Origin: Podarcis tiliguerta
Lineage: Eukaryota
Direction: 5' to 3' (one strand)
Assembly: GCA_965153285.1 (NCBI GenBank)
Contig: OZ229111.1
DNA: 64,000 bases
Shown: positions 22,331 through 36,376 of the stretch, in pieces
Layout: each line of letters opens with the position of its first letter
Numbering within the stretch: position 1 is the first letter of the stretch
Made by a program: the position numbers and the translations under genes
The notes under the pieces: generated by a model
Database searches by the model: none
The model's input: only the letters and a program-made list of their open reading frames with translations
What the model was told of the DNA's origin: nothing

Positions 22331-24274
22331 CTAGAAGGTAATGAATAGAAAATGAGAGGTCAGGCAATGATTTTAAGATAATTTCTTCTTGGTTGAACCT
22401 TTTCAGAAGAATTTGTCTCACACAGGAAAGTGCTGGCTGTTAGCTTAATTAGGAACTTTTAGTACTCCAAGGAGTTGCTGCTTTTTCTTTACAGGAAATA
22501 TGCAAGATCAATCACACCATTCAGAGCCTTTCTACCACCTAGATCTGGAATGGCAACATGTGGTCCTACAAATGTTGCTGGACTACAACTTCCATCATTT
22601 GTGACCAATCGCCATAGTGGTTGGTGCCAATGGGAGTTGTAGTCCAACAACATCTGGAGGTTCACATGCTCCCCAATCTTGACTTGGAGAGATTTAACTT
22701 TGTCTTAGAGGCGGCATGTGGACAAACATAACTTATTTGATTATGGGTCACCTGACTTTTCCAGACTATTTTTTAATCTAAAAAGGATATATTTGTGAGA
22801 GCAGGCGTCATAGACACAACTAGGTCTCCTGTCCTTACAATTCACACAAGAAGTTTATTTGGCCACAGAACCCCAAGAGAAACACAGAACCATTCTAACC
22901 CAGCCCATCTCTGCTTCTGCCATCCCACTTCATTGTCTGCCACTTTAGAATCACTGAGCATGGGACTGACCAAGCCCTTTTAACTATTTCCCCCTACATT
23001 TGCAGGTGAACTTTGACAGGTTCCAATCACCCAACATGATAACAATGCTGCATGATTCGCAGGTGGATGGTCCTGCCCACCTATAAAAATTGGTCCGTGG
23101 GGCTGGGGGAGATAAAGATCTGGCCCACCAGGGCCAAATGCTTCCCCACCCATGCTCTATGGGGAGGGTGATCATCTGCTCTGTACACAGATGATCTCAG
23201 TTTCAATCTTTGGTGTCTCCAGGTAGGGCTGGAAATGCTCCTTGTGTGAAACCCTGAACTGCCACTACCAGCCAATGTAGACTTGGGAGTGGAGATGCCT
23301 AGTGGCTGGGTCCCTTCCTCTCCAAAGGTCAACTTGGACAGCTGGGCCACCCACCAGTCAATTACCTGATGCCAGCAAAGGGGTTTGCCGAATCCCTTTT
23401 ATGGCTGTCAGCACCAATTGGTTATTAGTGCCAAGAGCTCTTTTTTGAAGGAGACTGCATTAGGGAATTCCTGCTGGGAACTTCCTAGCGCAGCCAATCC
23501 CCCATGACAGTGGTCAACAAGGATCAATCAGGTGTACTTTAACCTTCCAAATGTTCTTTTGCAGCTACTATCTTTACATGCCCCACAGATGACACATATA
23601 ATATCATATGTGAGGCAAGTGGCCATGTGTTGTTGTTGTTTTTTTTGGGGGGGGGGGGAGAACCTCAGGGGCCAAATTAGGCTCACAGGGTAGACGTTCC
23701 CTACTGCTGCTGTAAACAATACTGAGCTAGATAGATCAATCATTTGATTTGGTATAAGGCAGCTTCCTATATTCTTCCTCCCCTCATTGCAGCTTGGTGG
23801 TAACTGGAGAAAGAGCTTGAGCAATTACACACCTTGCTGTACCACAACCTCATTTATGTCTGTCAATAGCAAGGGGAGGATGTACCTCACACTGTCTTGA
23901 GTTGTACCTAGTCCCAAGCAGTATCATGCCCCACTACTTAGTTATAACAAATACATCAAGCAGACATATTACACTCCATGGCTTGAGGCTACTTGCAGTT
24001 AATTGCACAGTCCTGGCTTTGCCTCGTGTGTATGCTCGTTTCCAGTGCAACCCACTTTCTACTTTGTTGTGGGTTGATTTAATGAGCTACTGACTCACCA
24101 TTCAAGTGGACCTTGAATGGAAATCAGTTAGGTCCTGACTTGGCATTTGAAATGAGCAAAGAATGTATGAATCCAGTGAAGGGGACGTATTCAAACTAAC
24201 CAGTCCTGCTACTGGAAACCCACACAGACTTTTGCTAGTGCAACAGGTCTTCCCCAGCCTTTCCTTCCAATTGG

Positions 24275-24275
<1 letters not shown>

Positions 24276-24308
<33 letters not shown>
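24276..24308. repeat. (TG)n microsatellite
   Basis: Direct reading. Confidence 0.95.
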
Positions 24309-24309
<1 letters not shown>

Positions 24310-25316
24310 GGGAGAATCCCCAGAACAACACATTGGGGTCCAATGGAAGAAGAGGGGAGACTGTGCCATCAGGCAAGCAGAAGTGCTTACGCTAACAAAG
24401 TGCTCACCTTGGTCTGGATATTGGCATACACACCAAGGTTGATGTTTAAAATTAAAATTGACAAGACCAAAGAGCTGTTGGTTAAATAAAAATGTTTTCA
24501 GAGACTACACATAGAATGTATTTTCCCCAGGGCTATCAGCTGTTGTAAAAACCAGGTCCATGTTTGGGAGGCCTCTTGGAAAGAGCATTGCTCTCAGCTG
24601 CCCAGGTGGTGACTACTGTTAGAGAAGGACTTCTGCACAGGCTTCTGTGGCAGCTGCACTCTTTAAAACAAAACAAAAAACAGGTCTACGCCTTGTTACA
24701 TATGCCCCTCTTACTTCTAAGTTGGATGACTGCAACACACTTTTCTAAATTTATTAAAAAGAAGAATTTCTTATAAGAATCTCAGTGGTGCTTGCTTGAG
24801 CGTAATACTTTGTCAGCATGATACAGGTGTCTTATAAGAAGCTGTGCATTTAGTATTGTGGGCTCAACTCTATGGAACAACCTCCTGGCTGAGATCAGAT
24901 AGGCCTCTTCCCTACTAAACCTTCAGTGCTTAGTGAAGCCCTTTTCATTTCAGCCAGCATATTAAGCAAGTTTTTTATGCCTAATTTGAACTGATTGTAT
25001 CTCTTCTGTATCATTATTGCAGGCCGCTTAGAAACTACAGTGTGAACCCATTTATAAATTGTTGGAATATATATACAAACAGACAGGTGCATTCACTATT
25101 TCCTCTTTGTCTTAAGTTATGTTTTTTATTCCAATTACGACCAGAACTTGACCAGCTCCAATGGACATTCCCTCCTTCAACTGTCACCTGGCATTTAAAA
25201 AAAAAACTAAGCCTGTGCAGAGGGACTCTCATTTTAATTAGCTGAACAAACTGCCTTTTCAGCTGAAGAATGAGGTAAAAAGGTTTTAAATACATAACCC
25301 AGTTACAAATACTTAC

Positions 25317-25444
25317 CAGACGGTTCTCTTTGCCTTTTGCTTCTTTACAGGATTTTAAAAGTTCTTTTTCAATACTGTTTGGTGTGAACTCAACATTCTT
25401 CTCCTTTAGGCTCTGGTAGAATCTTCCCAAGAATGAAACACACA
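25317..25444 (-). CDS. MANF: MANF exon 2 (saposin-like domain)
   Basis: ttacag acceptor, gtaagt donor, 128 nt. [43 protein letters not shown]. Confidence 0.96.
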
Positions 25445-26436
25445 CTGTAAAGTGAAGGAGATATAACGCTGAAATGAACTTCTTCCCCGAAATTCTCCTC
25501 TCTTCTTTTTAACTTACACAAAATGAATGAAGCATAGCAGATCAAAAGCCAACACACTAGTGCAGAAGATGAACTACTGGCATATTTATGACAGCAGACT
25601 ACCTTGTCAAGGGGCATGTTTCATACAACATGGCAGTCCAAATCCGTTCTTAGCTACAACAGCTACCCTTTTTCACGTTAATCTTTGGGCAGGGTTGGAT
25701 GTGGCCACAGTTTTGCACACAGCCTGTCTCCCCAGCTGATTCATGAAGACCAGCTTGGGGGGGTGTCATCACTTCTTCTCTGCTTATCAAATATTTAATC
25801 CAATGACTGGGGTGGGAGCAATTTGCATTCTCAGTGGGATGCTAGATCTAGCCACCCCAATGTGATACCTTTTTTGCTGCCACTGCCAAAATTAATGGAG
25901 AATTTGGGGGGCGGGGAGGTGGACTGTGTCAGGCACCTGGAATGGGGCACCACCTCTGCCTTATAAGATGTTTTTGCCTTGGCTGAGCCATATTCTCTCT
26001 GTTAAGATCAAGAGACTATAGCTGAGATGTGCTTGGTTTCTGAAATGCAGAAATTCTAGGGAAAATAATACAATCCAGAATTGTTGTGTGTTATCAACCA
26101 TGAATTAGCAGCACTCTGCACATGATTAAAAACACTATTATTCCTTGTGTTCCAAGGATGAAACTTTTTATTCAAAGCTGGTTCCAGAAACAAACTTTGG
26201 CTTCAGTCAAGTCATGAAACAAATATACATAAATAAATGCAGCTCCTCAAGCTGCTGCTCATTCAGTTAAGGGTTGAACATTTAGAAATACTGGAACAGA
26301 GTCTTCTGCATTAGTGTGTAACCAGGAACATAAGTACCATACAGGAGACCTTCAGCCTGTGGGTGTAACCATTTACTAAGTCATACAAGGGAGGACCCAT
26401 ACATGCCATTACAATTATAGAGACTATATCACACTG

Positions 26437-26550
26437 TAATAATAATAATAATTTATTATTTATACCCCGCCCATCTGGCTGGGTTTCCCCAGCCACTCTG
26501 GGCGGCTTCCAAAAGAATATTAAAATACTGTGATACATCAAACATTAAAA
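26437..26550 (-). mobile_element. L2-like LINE 3' end
   Basis: (TAA)n tail next to tttataccccgccc...gggcggctt, a typical reverse-oriented L2 terminus. Confidence 0.65.
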
Positions 26551-27049
26551 GCTGTAGATATAATTCACAGCATATCCTACTTAGTATCACTCTGAAGGTC
26601 ACAATTACAGAAAGGAATGAGGTAAGAGATTGTTTAGGCAACTTATAACCCACATCTTAGGACTTCTGGGCAGGTCACAATAAAGAATAGCCTGTTTAAA
26701 ACACATATCCAAAGGGGGGGAAAGGGAACACATTAATATCAAACATAAAAAGCACAAATGCCCCAGAGTCTGAAAAGCCAGTCTGATTTCCACCTAGTGC
26801 CTGCATGCTAGTAGTCTGGGAGCAAAGGAATTTCAAAAGGAAAGGCATTCCTGAGCTAGGGTGCCACAGCAGAAAAGGTCTATCCCTACCCCTTATATAA
26901 GCAGCTTCTGGGGAAACCCATTGGGCAGCTGCATCTTCTCAATGGGCTTCACAGCGCCAGAGCAAGCAGGGTACTTGAAACCCCCCCTCCCCTTCTTCCC
27001 AAAGCTCCCGCAGCCACTCGCACTGATCATAGCCTTCTTGGTTCAAACC

Positions 27050-28090
27050 GACTCGCTGGCGCTGGCTGGCAGCTACAAGGGCATCTCCCTCCCCATGGCA
27101 GCCTTGCGATGTGGGGGTCCAGCGTCCCTCCCGTTGAGAGGAAAGCGGCACCGGGCCGGGGAAAGAAGCGTGGAAGCAGCGGCTGAGGCAAGACTCGCCT
27201 CTGGTTTCCAAGCCAAGGGGAGGCCGTGTTCGTGAAGGGGAGGCGCCGTTGCCACCTGGCCACCCCAGCAACGCGCTCCCTCCCTCCCTCCGCGAAGCCC
27301 CGGGGACCCCCTTCCGCGCCGGTCGCTGCCCTGACCATCCGCGCGGGGACGGCGACTCACCTTCGCAGTCTCCCTCCCGCAGAGCGTGGCTCTCCCCAGG
27401 GAGCAGGATCAAGGCCAGCGCCGCCCAAAGCCCGTTGGCTGCCCGCATCCTCCCTCTCACCGCCCGCCTCGGCCGCTCGCTCGGCTCGTACTGGGAAAAA
27501 GCCCCTCCACAGCCGGCACCTTGACGACACGCTCGCCGCCCACCCGCAACCCGATTGGCTGCCCTGCCCCTCTTCCTGCTACGTACGAGGCTGCCATTGG
27601 AGCACTCCGTTGCAAGTCTCCACGCTCCCTTTGCCGGTTGGCCAGGCGGGCTTTCGGGACAGTAGAGTTGGCGGCCGCCGATTGGACAAGCCGCCTCCGA
27701 ATGAAACGAGGCAGTCGACGCGCACTTTGAGCGCGAAGCGTGCCCGGCGGCGGAGCCCTAGCAGTTTACGGCAAAGGTGTAAGGAGGCGGAGACCGCCAT
27801 ATTTGTTTCGGGCAGGATTTCGCGCCGTCACCACTGCCGGCCCGCCTCGGGCTGTGCTTCCCACGGCCCTTGAAGCTCAGAGAGGCAAGTGCACGTGTGG
27901 AAGGAAGAGCCCACCTCCGAGCCGGAAGCTGGTGTTTGTTAGGAGCCAGTATTTCCTCTTTACCAACGAGCAGCCTCTCGGTTAGGAAAATGTGGCATTG
28001 CAGCAATAGGGGCGCAAGTGGGACCGGAGCCCATCTGCGGGAAACCAGTGGCAGCTCCGGGCCTCGCGGGTAAAGGATAAGGCCCGCTTT
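27050..28090. promoter_or_regulatory. CpG island / promoter of MANF with CCAAT boxes and ERSE-like motifs
   Basis: GC/CpG-rich block around exon 1. CCAAT on - at 27554-27558, 27596-27600 and 27681-27685. Confidence 0.85.
27361..27448 (-). CDS. MANF: MANF exon 1 coding part (signal peptide)
   Basis: ATG at 27448, MRAANGLWAALALILLPGESHALREGDCE, donor gtgagt. The four exons total 543 nt = 180 aa + stop. Confidence 0.93.
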
Positions 28091-28190
28091 AAGTGGGCTG
28101 CCATTAATCCAAAGGCTGCACAAGAGTCATACAAATCGTGACCTCAGGATTTCAAAATCAGTCAGCCATAGCAATGAGAAGAAATTTGTA

Positions 28191-28415
28191 CAGTGGTACC
28201 TCAGGTTAAGTACTTAATTCGTTCCAGAGGTCCGTACTTAACCTGAAACTGTTCTTAACCTGAAGCACCACTTTAGCTAATGGGGCTCTCTGCTGCCGCC
28301 GCGCCGCCGGAGCACGATTTCTGTTCTCATCCTGAAGCAAAGTTCTAACCTGAAGCACTATTTCTGGGTTAGCGGAGTCTGTAACCTGAAGCGTATGTAA
28401 CCTGAGGTACCACTG
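28191..28415. mobile_element. Tc1/mariner-type MITE
   Basis: Perfect 18-bp TIR cagtggtacctcaggtta / taacctgaggtaccactg, TA on both flanks, repeated internal aacctgaa motif. Confidence 0.9.
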
Positions 28416-31400
28416 TAGTAGCGGCTGTAGCAACAGCATCAATAAACATTGGTCTGAAACGGGAGATGCCCCACGTGCGTAGCAGGTGTGCCACGTATAG
28501 AATGTGTATGCGTTGGGCAAGAGGGCACTCCTACTAATCTGTAAGATACAGGTCCTGCAGACCAGTCATTTTCAGGGGCACCTAGGAATGCGTATTTGCT
28601 TGCCCAAGGCAATTTACAAGCGTATTTGAGAGACACTCATTTGGAGCGGGAGATTGGAGCCAAACGCTAGAAAGGGAAATGTTTTAATATACAAATTATA
28701 AGCCTCACATGGTGGAGACATAAAAATCCTTAGTGCAGCGTGGGACCTTTTAAGTGAAGTGTGCAACACACATTTTACATTACGTAGGTATTTCTTTGCA
28801 ACATACCTGCACTCCTTTTAGCTGGATTACGATTCAGAATTAAAAAAGGAAAGTCCCCAGCTCTATCCTCTCCCCACAGTATTTATTTGTGCTACACGTA
28901 ATGCCCATGAAAGTAGAATGCATCACTATGCTGACAGGTAATTGCAGCAAAATGAGATTATGGAATAAACATAAAGTTTGCTTTTGCATTGGTATGTATA
29001 CACATGAATAATTAGCACTATTTCCCATATTTGCTATGTGTAGGTTTCCTTTTTTTCTCACCAGCTGTTGAAACCAACTTTTTGCTCACCCTGGAGGAAC
29101 TGGCACAGCCCAATAGTGCTAATGAAGCAAAAATAGGAATAGAATGCAGCTCCGTCTTGTGTACTTGAGGAGAATTGCCTTGTTTTTCCTTGCCTGGAGT
29201 GGTTATTGCCGAGTTGGGTCATGGCATGAGAGTTAAGCTTCTCCCGGCACAGAGTTCTGGTACGTGATGAAGATGCTGAATATTAAACAGCCTATCAGCT
29301 GATCATCTATAGTCATATCTTTGTTAAGAGTGATGAAAATGCACGCCAACCATAATCAGAGTATTTATTTATTTTTAGCAGAGAACTTATTTAAAACCAA
29401 CAATTGGTTCCTTAAACTGTAAAATCCATTACATCTTAATTACAGAGTATCTAATTTCTGCAACCCATATTTAAACATTATTTTACTAGATACATTTTGG
29501 AAAAAAATATATATCCATATGCATATAGACACACTCAAGTCATTCACATGTGCTGACGAAAGTCTCTTCTCTATGCAACAGAATGAAAATGTAGAGATGC
29601 CTCTCTCTTTCCCCACAAAGAAGGAAAAGCGGAATGAAAAGTGGGGGGAGACACACTCCTTTATCACTCACTGTTTCCCCCATAGCCAAGAGTTGCTTCG
29701 GACAGCATCCACCAAAAACAGTACTTGGCTTCGGAGGCAGCTTCTGGTTCTTCTACGTCTTTAACCAAGCCTACCTCACCCTTTTATTTCAACCCTATAA
29801 AGTCCTACACATTCTAGCCATTCTTATGCCCAATAGATTTCTGCTTGATATGGTCCATAGAAATGCTGTAGTTAGGATGAGATCCTGGAGAACCTGGAGA
29901 TGTTGCAAGGTACTAGATAGAAATTGAGTGACTGAAGGTTCCTACACCTTTGAAAGACAAAAGGAGCACAATTCCACTGAATCTTAACAATTTGTACTAT
30001 TTATATGGGCAATTCAATAGCAGGCAATTGTCTCACTTCCTTGTTGCTAAATGAGTTGGCTCCCAAGACTGCAGTTCTAACCTAAATATCTCAGCCAAAT
30101 CCTTTTTATGTTAAGAATGGACCACTTACCTTGCATTCATTTTCTTAACTTAGCTAAGCACTGCCTCGCTTTATTTTCGCTAAAGGACATATCTTCAGCT
30201 TACTTCACCTGCCTTTAAGGCTAACCTGTGGTGCTCCAGAAGTTGCTGAGACTCCCAACTCCCACACAAGCACAAAAAGAAAAAGTCAAGGCTAAGGACT
30301 GATAGGAGTTATAGTCCATGATATCTGGATGGCCAGTAGTTTGTCTAGTGGATAAAAAGCTTACCTTCATTCTGTGGGACGCTGCTCTGACAGACTAGAA
30401 TAGTAACTTTCAAACTTGAGGCTTGCCTCCAAGTCTAATCACCCATCAGTGAGCTCAGGTTGAACTATCACATAGATCAAGGCAGATACTATAGAGCTTG
30501 TGTTTACATGGTTCAAACTCCATCGCTTTGAAGATGTAGTCAGGCAAACAAGGTGTGTATAACCTGTAATGCCCAGAGAATATTCATCTTCATACAGTGC
30601 AGGTTAATGGGAAATGCACTTAATGGTGCACACCCTGTGCCTATATGCACAGATGGTAGATATTTAGATTTATCCTTTTGGCACACAGGAAGCAATCAAA
30701 GGTCTATACTGCGGCTGATCTGTGCATGTAACCCTCTCTCCCTGCTACCCCCCCCCCTACATAGAGAAACTGACTGATGGATCCAATTATTTCTGTTAAC
30801 TGTAATAAGTTATCTTTATGGTAAGTATTCTAAATAGTATTTGGGCCTTGTTAGAAAACAACCCTCATCCCAGATTTCGTTATGAAAGAAACACATATAT
30901 AGGGTGGCCAAAGTACTATTTCTTTAATGGGAAAAGTGCGTCCTGCACTGGAGTGGAAGAGCACACAGCCTCCAAGAACTCCTTGGGAAGAAGAGCAATT
31001 GAACAGAATGAAAAATGGTTGTGAAATGACATGGCAATATTGTGTGTGGTGGGGAGATGATGGGAGGTGGATCCCTGCTCATGTTTGGCCCTTTCATTAT
31101 ATTTTATATTTTTATTAATTGTTCATATTTTAACAGAATTACAATTATATATGATCAAATAAACTATACATTCAACAGCATTAAAATAGACAATATTCAC
31201 ATCAGTAGTAATATATTAATACAACAATATACTCAGAATCAGTATGTTGACATAAAAAAAAAACAAGGAAAAAAATTAAGCAAGTATTTTAAGTTGCTGT
31301 TAAAGGGCTTAAAGAGTGCATACATGTTTGGATGGGAGAATGCTCAGCCTCAAGACAAGATTGGGGAACAAAATTAAAGGTTACAAAATGGCGTACAAAG

Positions 31401-31649
31401 GAGCTGTGCTGCTTGTTGCCAGTGATGTCACAGACACTGCAATAGGTACTTATACTTGCATAACCACATTCTACATAGCACTCACTATTATATCAGGTGG
31501 CGGTAGGGGGAAGAGACAATATCATCTCAGCAACAAAATAATCATTGTTCTGAGTGCTGGGAAATGTGCTGAGTAGAGGAAAGATGTTTGATGGTGTGTG
31601 CATCTATCTGTATCTGGAAAGGACCTCACAATCCCCCTGAATAGGTTTT

Positions 31650-31822
31650 GGTGGAGATGGTCTGCTTCTGAATACCAGTCGCTGGGAATTACAAGTGGAG
31701 AGAGCGCTGCTGCACTCAGGTCCAACTTGTGGGCTTCCCATGGGCATGTGGTTGGCCACTGGGGACAGGATGCTGGAGTAGATGGGTCTTTGCCCTGACC
31801 CAGCAGGGTCTTAGGTTCGTAG
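31650..31822 (+). mobile_element. CR1-like 3'UTR/tail fragment
   Basis: ggttggccactg..gacaggatgctggagtagatggg....tgacccagcagggtcttaggttc terminus. Confidence 0.55.
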
Positions 31823-34800
31823 GTAGTGTTCAACTTCCCTAAGACCACCCTCACTATGCTCATCACCTGGCTAAAGCTTAACAAAAGACCTGAGCCCAGG
31901 AAGAAAGTTGCCCCCATATTATGCCATCATATCTGCTAAGTGATGGGTTGAGCTGCTGTTTTTGTTCCATTCCTATCTTTCATCCATTCAGTCTGACTCA
32001 AAAGGTATTAGGCATGCCTGTTTTCCATGTGTTGCACATGGTTTTCTGCTTCTGAATTTATCTGCAATAATTCTCGTTATGTATTTAATAATTAGCCGTG
32101 AGTGTGATGGGGCATTCCCTATTCTGGTCCTTACACTGTTTTTCCGTGAGTAGGAAAATGGCTGCCAACGCTCTAAATCCAGCTCCAGAAGCTGCTTTCT
32201 GGTGTGGTTACTGCTCAGATGCAGGGCATGTTTCTGTTTTGATAGAAGAGGAGTCTAAAGGCAAAACCAATGCAGCTTGTGATTGGCACCAATGCCAAGC
32301 TATTTCAATGAACTTAGAGACACGGTGGTAATTGGCTGTCACAGAGTGCTAAAACATTAGAGAAAGCCAGTCAGAGAATCCATGAGTATTCTGCAGGGCA
32401 GTTCACTAGGTGTGGGATTATTCTACCTCTTTGGGTCCCATAAAGCAAGATGAAAACCTTTTCTAGCAAGAAGCAAGTATCCCCTTTTCTTCTAGCAACA
32501 AGGTTTCATCATCTAGGGATTTACTGGTTACAATGCTTTTTTTTAAAAAAAGTGAAAATGGTACCCACAAATCTTGGGGAAAATATTTTTAGTTAGGGAT
32601 AATACTGCTGGGTAAAACACGGTTAGTTAATAACAGATGATCTTATCAATTTCCCCATGAAGTAGATTGCAGCATTCTTCCCATTTTCCTGATTTTTCAA
32701 TAGTTTCCCACCCCTAAACTTATTGGTGTGTAATTTCAATTGACAGCACCTGAACAGGAAATCTGTAGGACGTCAACACCATGAGAGTTTACTGAGCACC
32801 AGCTTTTATATGTAAGATACATTGTGGCATCTGAATAAATATCTCATGGGTACCTTGGAGCATCTGCTCAATGCTTTTTAATACCAAGTATTAATTTTTA
32901 ATTCAACATCACAGCAGTTGAGTGAATGGGGAAGGGAAGGGAGGAAAATCCAAAACAAAACAGCAGATATTTACACCTAAAATTCACATCACTTATTTGT
33001 TGGTTCCATAAACATGCTATCACAATATATACAATGAAATATCTTTAGGACTCTGGTACAAATATTTTGTTTCCTTTTAAGGTTTGCTTTTCCTTACAGT
33101 TATGATAGGTTTTCTGAACATGAATACACAAAAAGAGAACTGGTTGTGGGGGTTGTGGTTGCCGTTGTTTTAAACAACAACAGATTGCCGTAGGTTAAAA
33201 ATACATTTACAGGGCAGAGTACCAGTCAGACATCACAATCTATACATTTTTTGCTCAATTTCCTGTACAAATACACAGCATTCGTGGGATATTTACATGA
33301 AACATGATGGGGAAACAAATTAAGCAACATGATATCACCTCCCTAAATTTCCTGCTCACTCGTTCTTCCTTAGGAAAGATATGATTTAGTCCCCTTTTAC
33401 AGTGTAAAGGGGGGAAAAATGAGTGTGGGGATGTTTGTGAGGGAAAGAATCCCTATACCTTTGCTATGGCAACAAAATCCAATTATATTTCCTACTACAA
33501 ACAGGAATTACTTCTTCCTATTTTTCAATCATCCATGTCTTTAAACCTTCCTTCTACTTCAGGCAAAGGACAAGAACACCATATTTTGGAGCAGTTTATA
33601 CCTATTCCAAAGTATCATGATTGTATGGCATACTTTGTTGTCCAAAGATGTGTTTCCATTTTGCTCTCTGTGTCCAACTAAATTATTATGTTGCTTTTTT
33701 ATAGGTTGGCTTTCAAAGCCATGTCAGCACATATTCCCCCCTCTCAATGGGGCTTGTGCCGGTGGCCTGAATACCTAGTAAGTAATTTTAGTAATGCAGC
33801 ATAGGATACCCAATTCAGCAACTAGAAATCCATCCTGATTTATCGGATGCTAAGTTCTCGCCAACTGCAATACAGTGGAAACTCATTTTAAAATTGCACC
33901 CATGTACACACATAGAGACCTTCCTTTTAGAAAGCCCCCAAAGCACACCAAACATTATGTAGAAATTGGAAAGCTTTAGTTACTACATCTAAATTTGCTT
34001 CCCTCAATGGAATCTGAAGGTTGAGTGTTATGAAAGTAGCTGATATTTGCTTACATCTGCCAACTCATTACCTTACTTGTAAAAACAACAACAACCTGCT
34101 TTCAGGTATCAACAGCAAACACCCTAGCTATACTGTGGGTTGCAATCCTCTAAGCAACCTACTATAAGGAGAAAGTCCATAGGCTTGTACTGCTAGTCTC
34201 CAAAAAAGATGTTACGTCTTTAAAAAAAAACTTCCTGGAGCTCTAAGTGGGTAACATTTATGTCTGACATTCTAATATTAACTGGAAGTATAGGACCTGC
34301 ATTTAAATTGTGCCTGACCGGAGATACCGGTATTTCTTTCTGATGGCACTGCAAAGCCACTTTGACTTAAGAGAGGGAAATGATGGTTGTGGATCAATGG
34401 AAAGAGGCAATACAAATGTATTTTCTATCTAGTGCGAACTCAAAAATAAAACTAGGCAAGTTTTTAATGCCATGGTGTTTCGTTAAAATATAAGGATGGA
34501 ACTACTGTGTGTTTACATTGGACAGAGCTTGGGGGAAAATACATTAGCAGCTTACCTCAGAAAAAAGCAATTTCAGTCATACAAGGTACATACGGTTTTT
34601 TTTTTTTTGTTTCTTTATAATGTATATAGTGACTGATTGAAGAGTGAAACCAGAACTTTGACCTTCTGTATGTTTCTGTCATTGGCTGTTTTGGAAATTG
34701 AGTCAATCCTTTACATTTTCTGTGCTGATTTCTCATTTAGTATAAAACATTTCATAATGTGCTTCTGGGTATCACTACAAAAATTGTAAAAATAAACAGA

Positions 34801-36376
34801 TTCATATTTTTTTTAGCCACCAGTGGGAAGGGCAGCAAAACTGGATCTTGATTAAATATAACTTTGCCATTATTAAGGTGTTGGGATGACATGGATTTAA
34901 AAAATGCTGACTAAAACCCTAACAACTTTCAAGTATTGTTATCTTGCATTATTCATTTGAATCTGCAAATCCTTGCCATATTGCTTAATATGTGTTAATA
35001 TTCCTTTTCATCCCATATTTCCCAGCACCTTTCCCAAACTTAGCTACATTTCTAACTCATATAGTTCATGGCAGCTTGTCCCACAGTTCCTTTGGTTAAA
35101 ATGTTCAACTATGGCATGTTAATTGGCTGCACTGGTTCTTGAATATAAATATAAGCAACGCCCCATTCCTTAGGTTCCCTAATAGTCAATCATGATTTTA
35201 CACACCATAGCACACCCTTAGTCGTCTCCTTTGTAAACATTTCAGAAACTTTTTATTAAAAAGGATAAAAATATTTCCCCCCCCCTCCACCCGCTTCTAA
35301 AATTTTTACTTAGTGGACATTTTCTGAAGACCACTGTATTTCTATGACACTGGAACAAGTAACTGGAAGTGATCTTGTCCAATAGCAATGCAACAAAGAC
35401 AGGCTTTCTTTTCTGGGGTGGGGAGGATGGTACAACAACAGATAGTAGTTTGGACTATGCGAGATCGTCAGCCTTAAAGCAACTGTCAGGCGTGTGCTCA
35501 AGCCTTCCTTTTATTCTAGCTTAGTTTCTTAGTTGCTCTGGCATAAGATACTCCTCCTCTACTTCCTGGACTGGAATTAAAATGCTAGTGCCAAAAACCA
35601 GAGGCACGGGGAGGCCAAGACTGGGCTGTAAGTCCCATGGTTAGGCGTTTCCCTCATACAGTAGCATCAATAAATACAGATGAATAACAATGGAAAAAGC
35701 AGGAAATCAAAAAGTCTATGCCAAGCCAAGAAGAGTTTGTGTGAAATGATGCCTTAAAATAGAAATGGCAGCCAGTCAGCACTGGTTAGATTGCTTCAGC
35801 ACACCTGAGGCAATGCAAGGAGACCATTGCAAAATAAGTTTATATGCCTCAAGCCTGGAAGATCTCGTTTCTTCAGTGCCTTTAAAACTCTGCACCTTCT
35901 GGCTTCGCGGAATCCCTGAATTCAAAATTAGCATTCACTTACTACAGCAAATAAACACATTCCTAGTGCAACTGCTTCAAAACTTGTGCGCATCTCAAAA
36001 CTGGAAGGAAAGCTTGTAAAAATTCCATGCCACATCCCCCCCTCCCTCAAAATCCTAATGCTTTTCAGTTTCTGCAAATGTCTATAGCTAATATCACTTC
36101 CTGCTGTCTGATAAACTGTAGAAGGAATGAAGCACCCACTGCAAAAAAATAGACAAAACCCCAAAACACTAAAAATCTTAAAAGTATAAAATTAAATAAA
36201 AAGGAAAGCAGCAACTGCACATGCTGGCCCAAACTCTGGCTCCAGTCATTAACTCTCAGCAGCAGAGAATAAAGCAGTTCACTTCTCTTTTCTCTGAAGC
36301 CTCCTTAGTGTACGCCTGTCTTCTGGTTTCACAGACCTGGAGTGATCATGCAAACCGTCTTCTCTCACACTTCTGC

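Noticed and set aside
26939-27460. 173-aa ORF beginning MRGRMRAANG
   Set aside because: 27460 is a GTG; the first ATG is 27448, and beyond 27361 the ORF reads into MANF intron 1.
27226-27873. 215-aa + strand ORF over the MANF promoter
   Set aside because: CpG-island artefact, no domain or splice support.
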